The position numbers were made by a program, and so were the translations under genes. A stretch of DNA of 63,646 nucleotides, the filler included, from Chiloscyllium plagiosum (Eukaryota): assembly GCF_004010195.1 (NCBI RefSeq). It is 9 parts of 9 records of this genome, joined end to end, with 100 filler letters (N's around TTAATTAATTAA, not from the genome) between each part and the next. Parts side by side here need not be neighbours in the genome. Positions count along the whole stretch, not along the records: positions 48,471 to 51,527 come from NW_025187829.1; positions 51,628 to 60,343 come from NC_057726.1; positions 60,444 to 63,646 come from NW_025189111.1; 6 more parts are not named here. One strand, written 5' to 3'. Positions within the stretch are counted from its first letter, which is position 1. Each line of letters opens with the position of its first letter. Below, one piece after another: positions 51,189-62,441 of this stretch. The notes beneath the pieces were generated by a model, which did no database searches, was not told the origin of the DNA, and was given only the letters and a program-made list of their open reading frames with translations.

Positions 51189-52838
51189 CTGGAAGACAAG
51201 AGAAACAATTTTAATCCCTGCCATTTGAAGGGAATTCAACTCTGAACATTCACTGGCAAAACAATCCATTTGAACATTTGTAGCCAATACCTAACAAACC
51301 CCATAAAAGGACAGGTCCTTTTAAAATTGCTTCTTGGGATGTGAGTGTCACTGGCAGGGCGAGCATTTATTGCCCATCCCTAATTGCCCCTGAGAAGGTG
51401 ATGGTGAAAAAGAAGGGACAGTTTTGGACCATCATTTATGGAATGAATGTGGGCAGCTGGAAGGGCTATCAATGGGGGAGTATTTGAGTGACAATGATCA
51501 GAACTCAGTGAGATTGAGAGTAGGGATNNNNNNNNNNNNNNNNNNNNNNNNNNNNNNNNNNNNNNNNNNNNTTAATTAATTAANNNNNNNNNNNNNNNNN
51601 NNNNNNNNNNNNNNNNNNNNNNNNNNNGAGGAGCAGGTGAGGCGACGCTGCAGAAATAAGTCCTTCATCAGGAATGTGGAGATGGTAGGGGGCTGAGATA
51701 AATAGGGGGTGTGGGCTGGGCTGGGGGCAAGTTAGGTGGGATGGTGACAGGTGAATGCAGGTGAGAGGTAGTAGTAATAGGTCAGTAGGAGGGTGCAACA
51801 GAGACGTGGGAAGGAAGATAGGCATATAGGACACATCAAGAGTTTGGGGCCAAATTGGAGGGTTGGATCTGTAATGAGGTGGTGGGAGGAGAGATTTGGA
51901 AGCTGGTGAAATAAATGTTGATGCCATGTCTTTATAAGATTTAGAGGCAGAAGATGAGGTATTCTTCCTCCACTTGATTGGTGGCTTTGTTTTGGTGGTG
52001 GAAACCCAGGTTTTACATGTGCTTAGCGGACTGTGAAGGGGAGTTGAATTGTGTGGTCACAGGGTGGTAGGGTTGTTTGGTGGGTACGGACCAGAAATGT
52101 TCCCTGAACTGCTCCATGAGTTGGCATTCTGTTTCCTCAATGGAGAGAAGGCTGCATCGAGAGCAATGGTGAATGTGCAGGAAAATCTCCAACGAATGTG
52201 AAATGATCCTTTAGGTCCTTGGATAGAGGTGAGGGGGATGGCGTCGATGCAGGTTTTGCACTTCGTGCGGTGGCACAGGTTTGGCTGTTGCTGTTTTGAA
52301 AACGACAGGCATGAAACGCGAATGATGCAAAAATAACAGTTTTTGGACATGTTGCGCACTTGTGGATTCAGTGGAGTTCCTCCTGCCTACCTATCCAATG
52401 GCCGTGAAGGTCGAGTAGGAGATCATGTTTAGCGAATGGTTGTTTTTCGCTGAGCAGGAACAAGTTCCCTAACGGAGCATAAATTTTAGTTGTGAAACAA
52501 ACTGCATGCAAACTAAATGTTGATATAGAAGCGCACTAACAAGTGCACGTTTCAAAATTAGAAAACTTGTCCTGAACTTAGTTTTCAACTTGCGACAAGT
52601 TGGAAATGGTTTTGGAAACTTTGCTCTGGGCGTGGAAAGCTCCCGATGTGAGATTTGTTTTGCAATGGACTGGTCAGCAATTCTTCGATGTTACATTTCC
52701 CAGTAGATACAGATATTTCAAATAGTTGGTTCTTAGCCTGACTGCAATGAACGTCAATAATGATTGCAGCACGTTTTATGATATAAAACCAAATACTCCA
52801 TAGTGCACCCAGTAGTATCATCCATCTTCCCAATATGT

Positions 52839-52979
52839 TTAAATTCTTGCTTTCTTTGCCACCTTTATGCCTGCATATAATGTAGAATGGTCTTGCAGTT
52901 TGGGTGTTGATGCTTTCTTGGAATCAGCTATTTGCAGGGTGGCGTATGTCAGATTGTTACCTTCGCTTCCTTTCTTGGT
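52839..52979 (-). CDS. Inhibitory IgSF receptor, terminal cytoplasmic exon with ITIM (LTYATL) and ITSM-like motif (TLYAGI)
   Basis: tttcacag| phase 0: TKKGSEGNNLTYATLQIADSKKASTPKLQDHSTLYAGIKVAKKARI*. Confidence 0.82.
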   Translation of the reverse strand, partial: TKKGSEGNNLTYATLQIADSKKASTPKLQDHSTLYAGIKVAKKARI

Positions 52980-53338
52980 CTGTGAAAGTAAAATTTAATA
53001 TCACGCATTATCCCATCATTGACTCTTTGCTAAACGCGGTCAATTTTTTTTAATAAAAAGACTTCAGGGGAATTTCCTTTCATCATTTGCCAACTTCAGA
53101 TTGTAACAGAGTTTATCATTACTTTTTAACTGATTTCTCTCCACTCTGTAGCTCTGCAGTAAAAGTTCTTGTTATTCTGATTTAAACTTCTCATAAAATA
53201 AGGTAGAATATCAACATTGCCCATTAAAGAACCACGTTATTGCTTCAATTAAAATAGCAAACGAATGAAATGCCGGTGTATTAAATGTGTTTGGAATGCT
53301 GATATTGCAAAACATCACTTTCAACAACCAATTTCTGA

Positions 53339-53716
53339 GCCGTGACAGCCAATGTGATGTGCTTACCGATTGGGGAGACCTCAAGTTGCAATTTACTACC
53401 AGCTTTACCCCACTGTTGCTGATTTACCGAACTCTGGGACCCGGACGAATATGGTGAGCCTTGACCGAGATGGTCGGGCCTAGTACAGTATGGGTTAAGA
53501 TTAGATTAGATTAGATTACTTACAGTGTGGAAACAGGCCCTTCGGCCCAACAAGTCCGCCGTGACAGCCATTGTGATGTGCTTACCGATTGGGGAGACCT
53601 CAAGTTGCAATTTACTACCAGCTTTACCCCATTGTTGCTGATTTACCGAACTCTGGGACCCTGCGAATATGGTGAGCCTTGACCGAGATGGTCGGGCCCA
53701 GTACAGTATGGGTTAA
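53339..53716. repeat. ~160-bp direct repeats flanking a 59-bp SINE/LINE 3' tail
   Basis: Copies at 53339-53498 and 53558-53716; insert (gatta)n cttacagtgtggaaacaggcccttcggcccaacaagtcc. Confidence 0.9.
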
Positions 53717-53795
53717 ACCTCGGACCTTTCGATTCCTACAGTTTAGATTAGGACCAAACGTCATTGAACGTATTTAAAAAATGGTAAAGCTTCAC

Positions 53796-53903
53796 TTGAT
53801 TATAGACGGTAATCTTCTTTGTTTGTCTGGGATTCTTATTTGTCTTGGTGCTGGATTCGACAGGGTGGGCATAAGGAAGTTTGCTCTGAGTTCCGTATTT
53901 TGT
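53796..53903 (-). CDS. Inhibitory receptor cytoplasmic exon 3
   Basis: ttttacag| TKYGTQSKLPYAHPVESSTKTNKNPRQTKKITVYNQ |gtgaag; 108 nt, phase 0-0, weak donor. Confidence 0.6.
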
Positions 53904-54539
53904 CTGTAAAATCGGTATTTGCCACTCTTATCAGTTCAGGTGCTATCATTATTACTGCTAGTTCATAAAAGGAAACAAGGATAATTTTCATTGCATTCTC
54001 ACGCAAAACTCACAGTAAGACCTAGCTGTCCGTTTGATATCTCCCCTGATTTCTATTTCCGACACAATCGGCAAAAGAGACATCGACATCGGTTTAATTT
54101 TGTCTTTTTTGTCATAGCATAACATGCAAACAAGGAATAAGAGCAAGGAACTAGGCCCTTCAATCCTGCTCCATCATTCAACAATGTCATGGCCGACTCT
54201 GCCAATGCTACATTCAGATTCCCCTCGATAATCTTTCATCCGCTCTATCATCGACAATTTATGTACCCCGCCCTAACACGTTTAATGTTTCCGCATTTAG
54301 TGCCATTTGAAGAAGGGATTTTCAAAGACTTACAACCCTACGACAGAAACGAAAAATCCTCACCTCTGTCTTAAATAGACAATCATTTACTTTTAAACTT
54401 GGACTTCTACTTTTAGATTCTCCCACAAAAGGAAAGATCCTTTCGGCATCCACCTTGCCAAATTTGTCAGGATTTTATATATTTCAATTAAGTCACCCCT
54501 AACTCTTCTAAACTCCAGAGGTATAGGCCTACCCAATGG

Positions 54540-56300
54540 TTTTTAGCTTTTGAAAAGGAAGAGAGAAATTAAAATTAACATGGGTCCCGAAAAGAAGGAG
54601 GTGGGGAAACAATCATGGGGAACAAGGAAATGGTAGAATACGCTAGCAGAACTCTAAATCATTAAGTATCCAAGGGCAAAAGGAGAAGTGGAATTAAAGA
54701 AAATAACCCACTGGAGAGGATGCTTCAGGGAAACTAATGGGACATAAGACTAATATGTCCCTTGGACCTGATGCAGTACATTACACAATATCAAGGGAAG
54801 AAGATACAGTCGTGGATGCAGCAATAGTAATCTCCCAGAAATCCTTAGATTCTGAAAGAAAAACTCCCAGAGGAGTAAAACTTTTCCAAACCAACATCTT
54901 TATATAGACAAGAAATAGTTATAAATAAGCTAGTTAGCGAACGCTTGAGTCAATTATAAAAGATGCAGAGTATTTCAAAATACATAATATCATCAGTGTC
55001 AGCTTGCCTTCATGAAGGGGTAAACATGCCTGACAAATTGACTGCTTTTTATTGAGGGAAGAAGGAGGGCAGATGAAGCCGAAGCAGGAGATGCAATAAT
55101 TTTGGATTTTCAGGAAACATTTGCGAAAGTAGCACAAACTAGGTTACTTTATCAGATTAAAAACCCATGGTGTTGCGGGAAGTACATTAACATAGATAGA
55201 GGATTGGCGAAGTAATAGAAGACTGAGAGTTGGGATACGGTGGTAGGGCATTTTCAGAATGGAAACCTGGAACTTCTGGTGAGACACAGGGATTAGTGCT
55301 GGGGTCACAAAGTTTCCAATTATATATATTTATATATATATTACATTTGGATGTAGCAAGTGCATGTACAATGGCCGAGTTTATGGTTAACATTAAAGTA
55401 GGCTGGATGATGAGAATTACACAAAAATCTTTAGAGGGATTTAGTCCGATTACGTGAATGGGCAAAGATTTGGCAGATTGGATATAATGTGGGAAAATGT
55501 GAGATTTATACACATTGGCAGAATGAATGGAGGGGCCAAATATTCTTTAAGTGCAGAAAGCCTGCAGAAATTTACGGAGCAGAGGAATTTTGGAGTCCCA
55601 ATTCGTGAATCACAAAAAGCTAGCACCCATTTAAAACAGGCAATAGAGAAGGCAAATGGAATGCTGGCCTTTATTTCAGTGAGAATGGAATATAAAAAGC
55701 AGGGATATTTGTCAAAACTATACGAGGCACAAGCTAGGCCATAGCTGAAATACTGTGAAGAGTTTTCTTACCATTATCTCAGAAAAAGGTGTATTGGCAT
55801 TGCAGGCAGTCCAGAGAAAGTTCACTGGGCTGGTATCAGATAAGAAGGAAGTCTCTTATGAAGACAGGTTAAGATGGCTTGGCCTGTACTCATTGGAATT
55901 TAGAAGAATGAGACCTGACTGAAACACACAATATTCTTAGGACAATTAACGAGGTAGATGTGGAGAGTTTGTTTCCCCATGTGAGAGTCTAAGACCAGAG
56001 GATATATTCTCAGAATAAGTGATTGCACCTTTAAAATAGAAGAAGGAATTTCTTCTCTCAGAGGTTAGGGAATCTATGAAAGTATTTATGATAGAAAGTT
56101 TGGATTATTAAGGTTGGGTTATTAAAAACATTCAAACTATTCATTTACTGACTAAAACTATATTTTAGGCTTGAATATAGATTTTTAGTCTGTAAAGAAA
56201 TAAAATGTGAAAGGGAAGAGGCAGGGTTATGGAATAGAGGTTTGTCAGAGCAATTTTCAATTCCTTCGATGTTGGAGCAGACTGGATGGTCCAAATGGCT
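54540..56300 (+). mobile_element. Degenerate CR1 LINE in a receptor intron
   Basis: RT 3' peptides (KANGMLAFIS) and a CR1 3' end. Confidence 0.7.
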
Positions 56301-56953
56301 TAGCTCTCTTTTGTTATTTCATTCATAATTAGTGGACATCACTGGCTAGGCCAGCATTCATTCTCCACCCGTAACTGCGCCGGAGGAAAGTTGAGAGTCA
56401 ACCACATTGCTGGGACTCTGGATTGACAAGTAAGGCAAATCAGGTCAAGATGGCAGATTTCCTTCCCTGAAGACCGTGTCTTATGGTCATAAGATCACAT
56501 AAGGGAATCTGCTCATTTCCGGTATTAGTCTAGTAAACCTTGCCTGAACTACTTTCAATGTCCTTCCATCAAAAGGTTGACCAGTATTGTACGCAGTGAT
56601 GTAGAATTGCTCTTATCAATCCCTTGCATTAATGAAATAGGGAGCCCCCTTCCCTTACTCTACAGTGTCTTTTTTTAAACGACTCCATTATCGCAATGAC
56701 TAAGAGAAAGTGAGGACTGTAGATGCTGGAGGTCAGAGTCGAGAAGTGTGGCGGTGAAAAAGTACAGCAGGTCAACCAGCATTGGAGGCTCAGGAGTGAA
56801 GATGTTTGCCGAAACGAAGACTCTCCTGCTTCTGGGATGCTGCGTGACTGGCTGTGCTTTTCCAGCACTAAACTTTTCGACTCCACTATCATAATATTGA
56901 TGCTGTATGGGAGTGACGTGGATATTTTATTCTTGACAATTCTGGCAGCATAC

Positions 56954-57064
56954 CTGGGAATAGACAGTATTTTCTTCCGCGCGTCTGTGTTTGGAGAATC
57001 CTTTGTTGGCTTTCAATTTTACTGCAGCAGAGGCGGCATTTTCTTCAGATGGTGCTTTTCTAAG
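56954..57064 (-). CDS. Inhibitory receptor cytoplasmic exon 2
   Basis: ttttctag| LRKAPSEENAASAAVKLKANKGFSKHRRAEENTVYSQ |gtatg; 111 nt, phase 0-0. Confidence 0.75.
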
Positions 57065-58162
57065 CTAGAAAATAAGATATGAAGTATCGAGAAAAGCGCA
57101 TTTGATTTTACAGCCAGCCATCGCCAATTGGAACTGAACAATAGAATATTAACGTGCACACAGTAGTTAATCAAACAAGCTAGAAATTGCATTCTGTCAA
57201 CTCTCAATGATTTGCATCTAATATCTCACCAAAGTGGTGGGGAGTAATGTTCTAAATATGAAACCCAGAGCATTTAAGGCATTTATCTACAATTTAACAT
57301 ACAGCTGACGAAACATAGACATTAATTAATTCCTCGTTTATCTCTAGCTCTCTTCAACCTTGTTGTGGCCTCGGCAGTTTCCTTATTCCGTAATTAACCC
57401 AGTCTATTAGAAGATCAGACAGCGAAGCCTTTGGCTGTTCTCCTAATATTTCTGGAATGTTGCATTCTCTGACTGGCAACCAACAATTAGATTTCTGGCA
57501 AAAATTCTCCCCAAGCACGTCTACAGTCATTATTTCCTCTCCCTCAGAAACTACGAAACAGCCTGCCTCCAGCATTGCTAACCGAGGAATATAATGCAGA
57601 AAGACCTGAGATTTTATGTCCCACACTACTTTAGGAAGATGTCGTGGTTTCGAGAGGATATAACAGAGATTTACTATAAGGGTCCTAGCGTTCAGGGATT
57701 TCAATGATGTTTAGAAGCCTGGACATGATGTTTTACTTAGATCAGTTACGTTTAAGGGGAGATTTAACTTAAATGTCTAACATGTTGATAAATTGTGATG
57801 GAATAAATTAAGATAAACAATTTTCATTGGCAGGATGTTTGAGATTTAGGCGACAAGATTCGTTTTCATTGGCAAATAATCTGGGGAGTATGACAGAGTG
57901 ACAGGAAGAATTCGATAGGAACTTTCAAAAAGGGAACTGGATTGACCTGAAAAATGTAATAAACAGGAAAATAGCACGAGACCGGAACAAATTGACTTAC
58001 TGCCTCATAGAGGCAGTAGAGGTGCTAGCTCTTCATCCCGGGCAATGTAAGTCTCTGTTCTGTGAAGTCAAAGTAATTTTGACTGAATGCAAAACTCATT
58101 GCTATCCTTTCCATGCACCCACCTCCTATTTGTTTGGAATATAATGAATATTGTCTCCTTAC

Positions 58163-58206
58163 CGGTTGGACATTTTGATTTGCTTCCACCGAATTTCTTC
58201 CTCTGC
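58163..58206 (-). CDS. Inhibitory receptor cytoplasmic exon 1
   Basis: ctcttag| (G)RGRNSVEANQNVQP |gtaagg; phase 1-0 bridges the TM exon to the phase-0 exons. Confidence 0.75.
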
Positions 58207-58807
58207 CTAAGAGAAAGCAAAGTAATATAACGTGAGTGACAGAATCACTCATTCAATGTCATGTCTTCGCTGCTAGAAACGTTTAATTTCTATATAAAGT
58301 TCAGAAATCTAGTTTGACAATGTTCAGCAGCACCAAGTTCATTATGATGTGTTTTACCTGCTCACTGCTCTCATCGCGCTTTACCCAATGATGCAGAGTC
58401 AGTGACAGTGCAAGTGCAAGTCGGCGTCTTATTTAATCTACAAAATTAGAATGGAAATAAAATCTGCGGATGTGCATATCTGGTTGTGAGTTCGAAAATG
58501 CCCACTTAACCTTAATGCCAAATGCCAAAATCCATTCGAAACATTCGAAAAATGTTTCCTTCTCAGGAACTGGACCTCCACTGAACGATAATAGAGAACA
58601 CTCAAAATTTCGATTGCAGCACCATGGAGGTAAATAAACCGAGTGTATAGTTCGAATAAGAAAGTGAAATATTTCCTTTTCAAATCCGGTTAGATCCTCA
58701 TATCCTCAATTTAATGCCAGGCCTTTGATTTCTCACCTGCTCTCTATGCTTTTTACACTGGGTCTGAGGAAATAAAAAGTATACAGTGAAATAAGAAAGA
58801 TTCTTAC

Positions 58808-58912
58808 CAGCTGATGCTTTCAATTTGAGTATCAAGAAAATGCTTATGATTAGTACCATCGCCAATGCCCCTCCTGCACCTCCAATAATCATCGGACGAT
58901 TGAAATCTTCAC
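58808..58912 (-). CDS. Inhibitory receptor transmembrane exon
   Basis: tgtag| GEDFNRPMIIGGAGGALAMVLIISIFLILKLKASA G|gtaag; uncharged TM followed by a basic stop-transfer. Confidence 0.85.
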
Positions 58913-59625
58913 CTACAGAATCAACACGTGATGGAAGTGAACATGTGTGGAACACAGGAGTGACATACACAGAGCATAATGCACAGGATGATAAGTTGCA
59001 AAGGTGTTTCTCAGGATAACCCAACTGTTAACCAAATTGTACCGTTTTAATTTTGTTGGGAAAATCTGTACAAGGTCCTTAATTCGCATCAGACCCAATG
59101 AATTGCAGCTCAGCTATGTATTTAATGGAGAAAACACATATAATGACTTAATGGTGTGAGAAACTTTATCTGCATAGGAACACTGTTTGCTATGAGTAAA
59201 GGAAGTTGTACTTGCTCATTCATAGAATCCTAGAAGAATCATAGAATCCCTATAGTGTGGAAACAGGTCATTTGGCTCAACAAGCCCACACCGATCCTCC
59301 GAAAAGTATTGCAGCCAGACCCTATTGCTCTCCATTTCCCCTGAATGATGCACGAAACCTACACATCCCTTAACGCTATGGGCAATTTAGTTTGGCCAAT
59401 TCACCCAACTTGCCCATCTTTGGACTGGGGGAAGAAACTGAAGCACCCGGCGGAAACCTGCACAGACTCGGGGAGAATGTGCAAACTCCACAGTCGCCGG
59501 AGGCTGGAAGTGAAGCCAGTTTTTTGGTGAATCAACAGTGCGAACCACTGAGCCACCATGCTGCCATTTAGGATCTTCCCCACACCACATACCCCAGTCC
59601 CTATTAGATATATTTTCAATCTTAC

Positions 59626-59922
59626 CACGATCAAAGGTGTAGCTGACGCTGGTGGGCACCTTAAGACAAGCATGAGATACCAGACAGGTATAAACTACAC
59701 CATTCTGCACAGGCTGTGCATCTTCCAATGAACTAGTAACCTCATAAAGCCCATCCATGGTCTTGTTTTTCACAGTCTCCATTCCGGTATGAATTTTGAA
59801 ACCATCTCTTAACCAAGAGATTCCTAAATCCTCTGGGTAAAATGCAGTCGTTTTGCATTCGAATTTCAAATAGTTCTCTGAAATCTCTTCTACGGGAACG
59901 ATTTTCTGGAGTTTCGGAGGAA
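59626..59922 (-). CDS. Inhibitory receptor membrane-proximal C1-set exon (SIRP/B7-H6-like)
   Basis: tatag| PPKLQKIVPVEEISENYLKFECKTTAFYPEDLGISWLRDG...DGLYEVTSSL...YTCLVSHACL...FDR G|gtaag; 297 nt, phase 1-1. Confidence 0.88.
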
Positions 59923-61442
59923 CTATAACAGAAAATCAAACCTTTTAAAATATTAATTTTCATTCTCTTTTTTTCACCCTTCACACTCGACCCGGTTCGG
60001 CACCCCATGTAATACTGTTCCATTACTAATGTGACAACAGTTTTCCTTGTTATTCTGTTTGAAACTTGGTATTTGTACTTATTTTTAAAAATGCTCAGCA
60101 AAATGTTTGGATCATTTGCAAACGATGCACAACGAGCATAAACATGGGGAGAAAAACTTTAATGAAATGCAGCTATCATAATCGTCGGGGTTTAGCTTTA
60201 TGTCAGTGAATTCGGTTTGATGAACTTTTTTTGGAAGACATTCTACCTGGAGGTAACACACGAATTAGGAGCTGAAGTAGGACAGTCAATGGGTATCTCT
60301 CCATCCTGGAGGCTCCCTGCCTCCATTCCTGATGAAGGGCTTTNNNNNNNNNNNNNNNNNNNNNNNNNNNNNNNNNNNNNNNNNNNNTTAATTAATTAAN
60401 NNNNNNNNNNNNNNNNNNNNNNNNNNNNNNNNNNNNNNNNNNNCTGTTTTCCTTGGAGCATTGAAGGTTGAGAGGGGCCTGATAGAGAGGTATAAGATAA
60501 TTGTTGGCAGTGATATGTTGCATAGGAAGGCACTTTATACACGAGTAAAGGCTCAATAACCAGGGACAGAGATTGAAGGTAACACAGACATGGACACATA
60601 GAAACTTGGAGCTGGAGAAGGCCATTCGGCCCTTTGAGTCTTGTGTGTCATTCAGTATGATCATGGCTGACCCTCTCTCTCAATGCTATGTTCCTGCTTT
60701 CTCCCCATTTCCTTCATGCTGTTAAAATGCAAAACAACTATCTCTCTATTTTTCTAGAACATATTCAGTTCCTTATCCTCCACAGCCGTTTGTGGTGGAG
60801 AATTCATCAGTTTGACCATCCTCTGAGTGAAGAAATGTTTCCTCATCTCAGTCCTCGTATCTCCCTGAGACTGCATCCCCTGGTTCCAGACTCCCCAACC
60901 AGGGGAAACCTCCTCCCTGCCCCGGCCTGTTAGAATTTTATATGTTTCAATCAGATTCCCTCTCATCCTTCTAAACTCGAGTGGGTCCAGGCCCAGTCGA
61001 GTTGCAGAGTGAGAGGAGAATTGAGGAGAAATGTTTTCACCCAGAGGGTGGTGGGAGTCTGGAACTCACTGCCTGAAAGGCTGGTTGAGTCACAAACTCT
61101 CGTGACAGTGGAGCAGTGTTTAGATATTCCCTTGTGTTGCTGTACGCTCCAGAGTAATGGGCCAAGAGCTGGAGGATGGGATTAGTGTCATCAGATCGCT
61201 GTTTAACAGCACAGATACAATGGGCCAAATGGCCTCATTCGGTGCTATTCACATCAATCACTCTCTGAGACAAAGAGAGAGGGAGAAGAGGAAGTGTGAG
61301 GGGCTGATGTGGCTCTCTCTGCCTGATGCCATTTACATACTGAGGAACACCCAGTCAGACTCACAGGCTGCAGCTTTATAAAGCAGAGCCCAGTGAAGGG
61401 AGAGTTTATCAGGAACCAGGCACAGGGACAGGAGCACACACC

Positions 61443-62441
61443 ATGATTTCACACATCCAGCTGATCTGGCCCCTGGCATTCTGTGTCGCAGGTACAAATC
61501 TCTCTCCTTCCACCTTGAATCTTTAGCTGCTCTCCATTTCACTCCAATTCCACCGACTTGTGATTGAAGAGAAAATGGTGAAACCAGAGGAATGCTCAGT
61601 GTCTCCAACAATCTCTCATTTCGCGGTCTCTTTCTGTGACATTTCTGACTTCACTATGTTTCTCTCTGACCCCTCAGGTATCAGTGGGGACATCATCATG
61701 ACTCAGTCTCCCCCAGTGCTGTCAGTGGGACTGGGCCAGACTGTAACCATCACCTGTACGGCCAGTCAATCTGTTAGCAAGTGGGTTAACTGGTTCCAGC
61801 AGGGAGAAGGTCAGAAACCCTCTCTCCTGATCTATGAAGCAACAACTCGAAACACAGGAGTCTCCGAGTGATTCACTGGCAGAGGATATGGGACCAGTTT
61901 CACCCTGACAATCAGCAACGTTCAGAATGAGGATGTTGCTGACTATTACTGTATGCAGCATAACAGCTACCCTCGACACAGTGACACAGAGCCGTACAAA
62001 ATCACCTCCTGTACTGACACATCCACAGTTATATAAAATGCATAATAATGGACACACAGTCCCACCACCTGTACTGACATATCCCACAGTTAGATACAAA
62101 TGAAAGTGAACAAATTACCCCAAGCTGGGATGGTCACTGTCTGCTACACACTCCAGTCCCTGTGGTGTCTCAACGCTCACTGAAGGCCTCAAGTTTCCCT
62201 CTTCCACTCCATGACCACATGTGAAGAACAGCTGCAAGATTTAACAACGAAAAATAAAGTTCACAACCCAGAGGCAGAGACAGAAAGACACAAAAAGAGG
62301 GTGAGAGTGATCGACAGACTGGGAGATAGGGAGAGGGTGGGAGTGACAGAGGGAAGCAGAGAGCTGAGGTTTTTGTACAGCCTCTGCACTGGGAACTCTC
62401 ACTGTGGCTTACGTTTCGTAAAGGAACCAAGCTCAGACTGA
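61443..62441 (+). pseudogene. Kappa (NS4-type) L-V-J pseudogene cluster
   Basis: Leader 61443-61491; V 61678-61976 with in-frame TGA at 61869-61871; RSS12 61977-62004 with altered nonamer ACAAAATCA; RSS23 62368-62406; J 62407-62441 reads FRKG instead of FGKG. Confidence 0.92.

Noticed and set aside
58737-58763. 27-nt mini-exon TQCKKHREQ after the TM exon
   Set aside because: The intron would be only ~44 nt and the phase is incompatible (gives a stop); exon 58163-58206 fits the phase.
11569-62441. A mixed heavy/light-chain super-locus (IgM, kappa, sigma, receptor)
   Set aside because: The segments are separated by artificial spacers, so linkage is unsupported.
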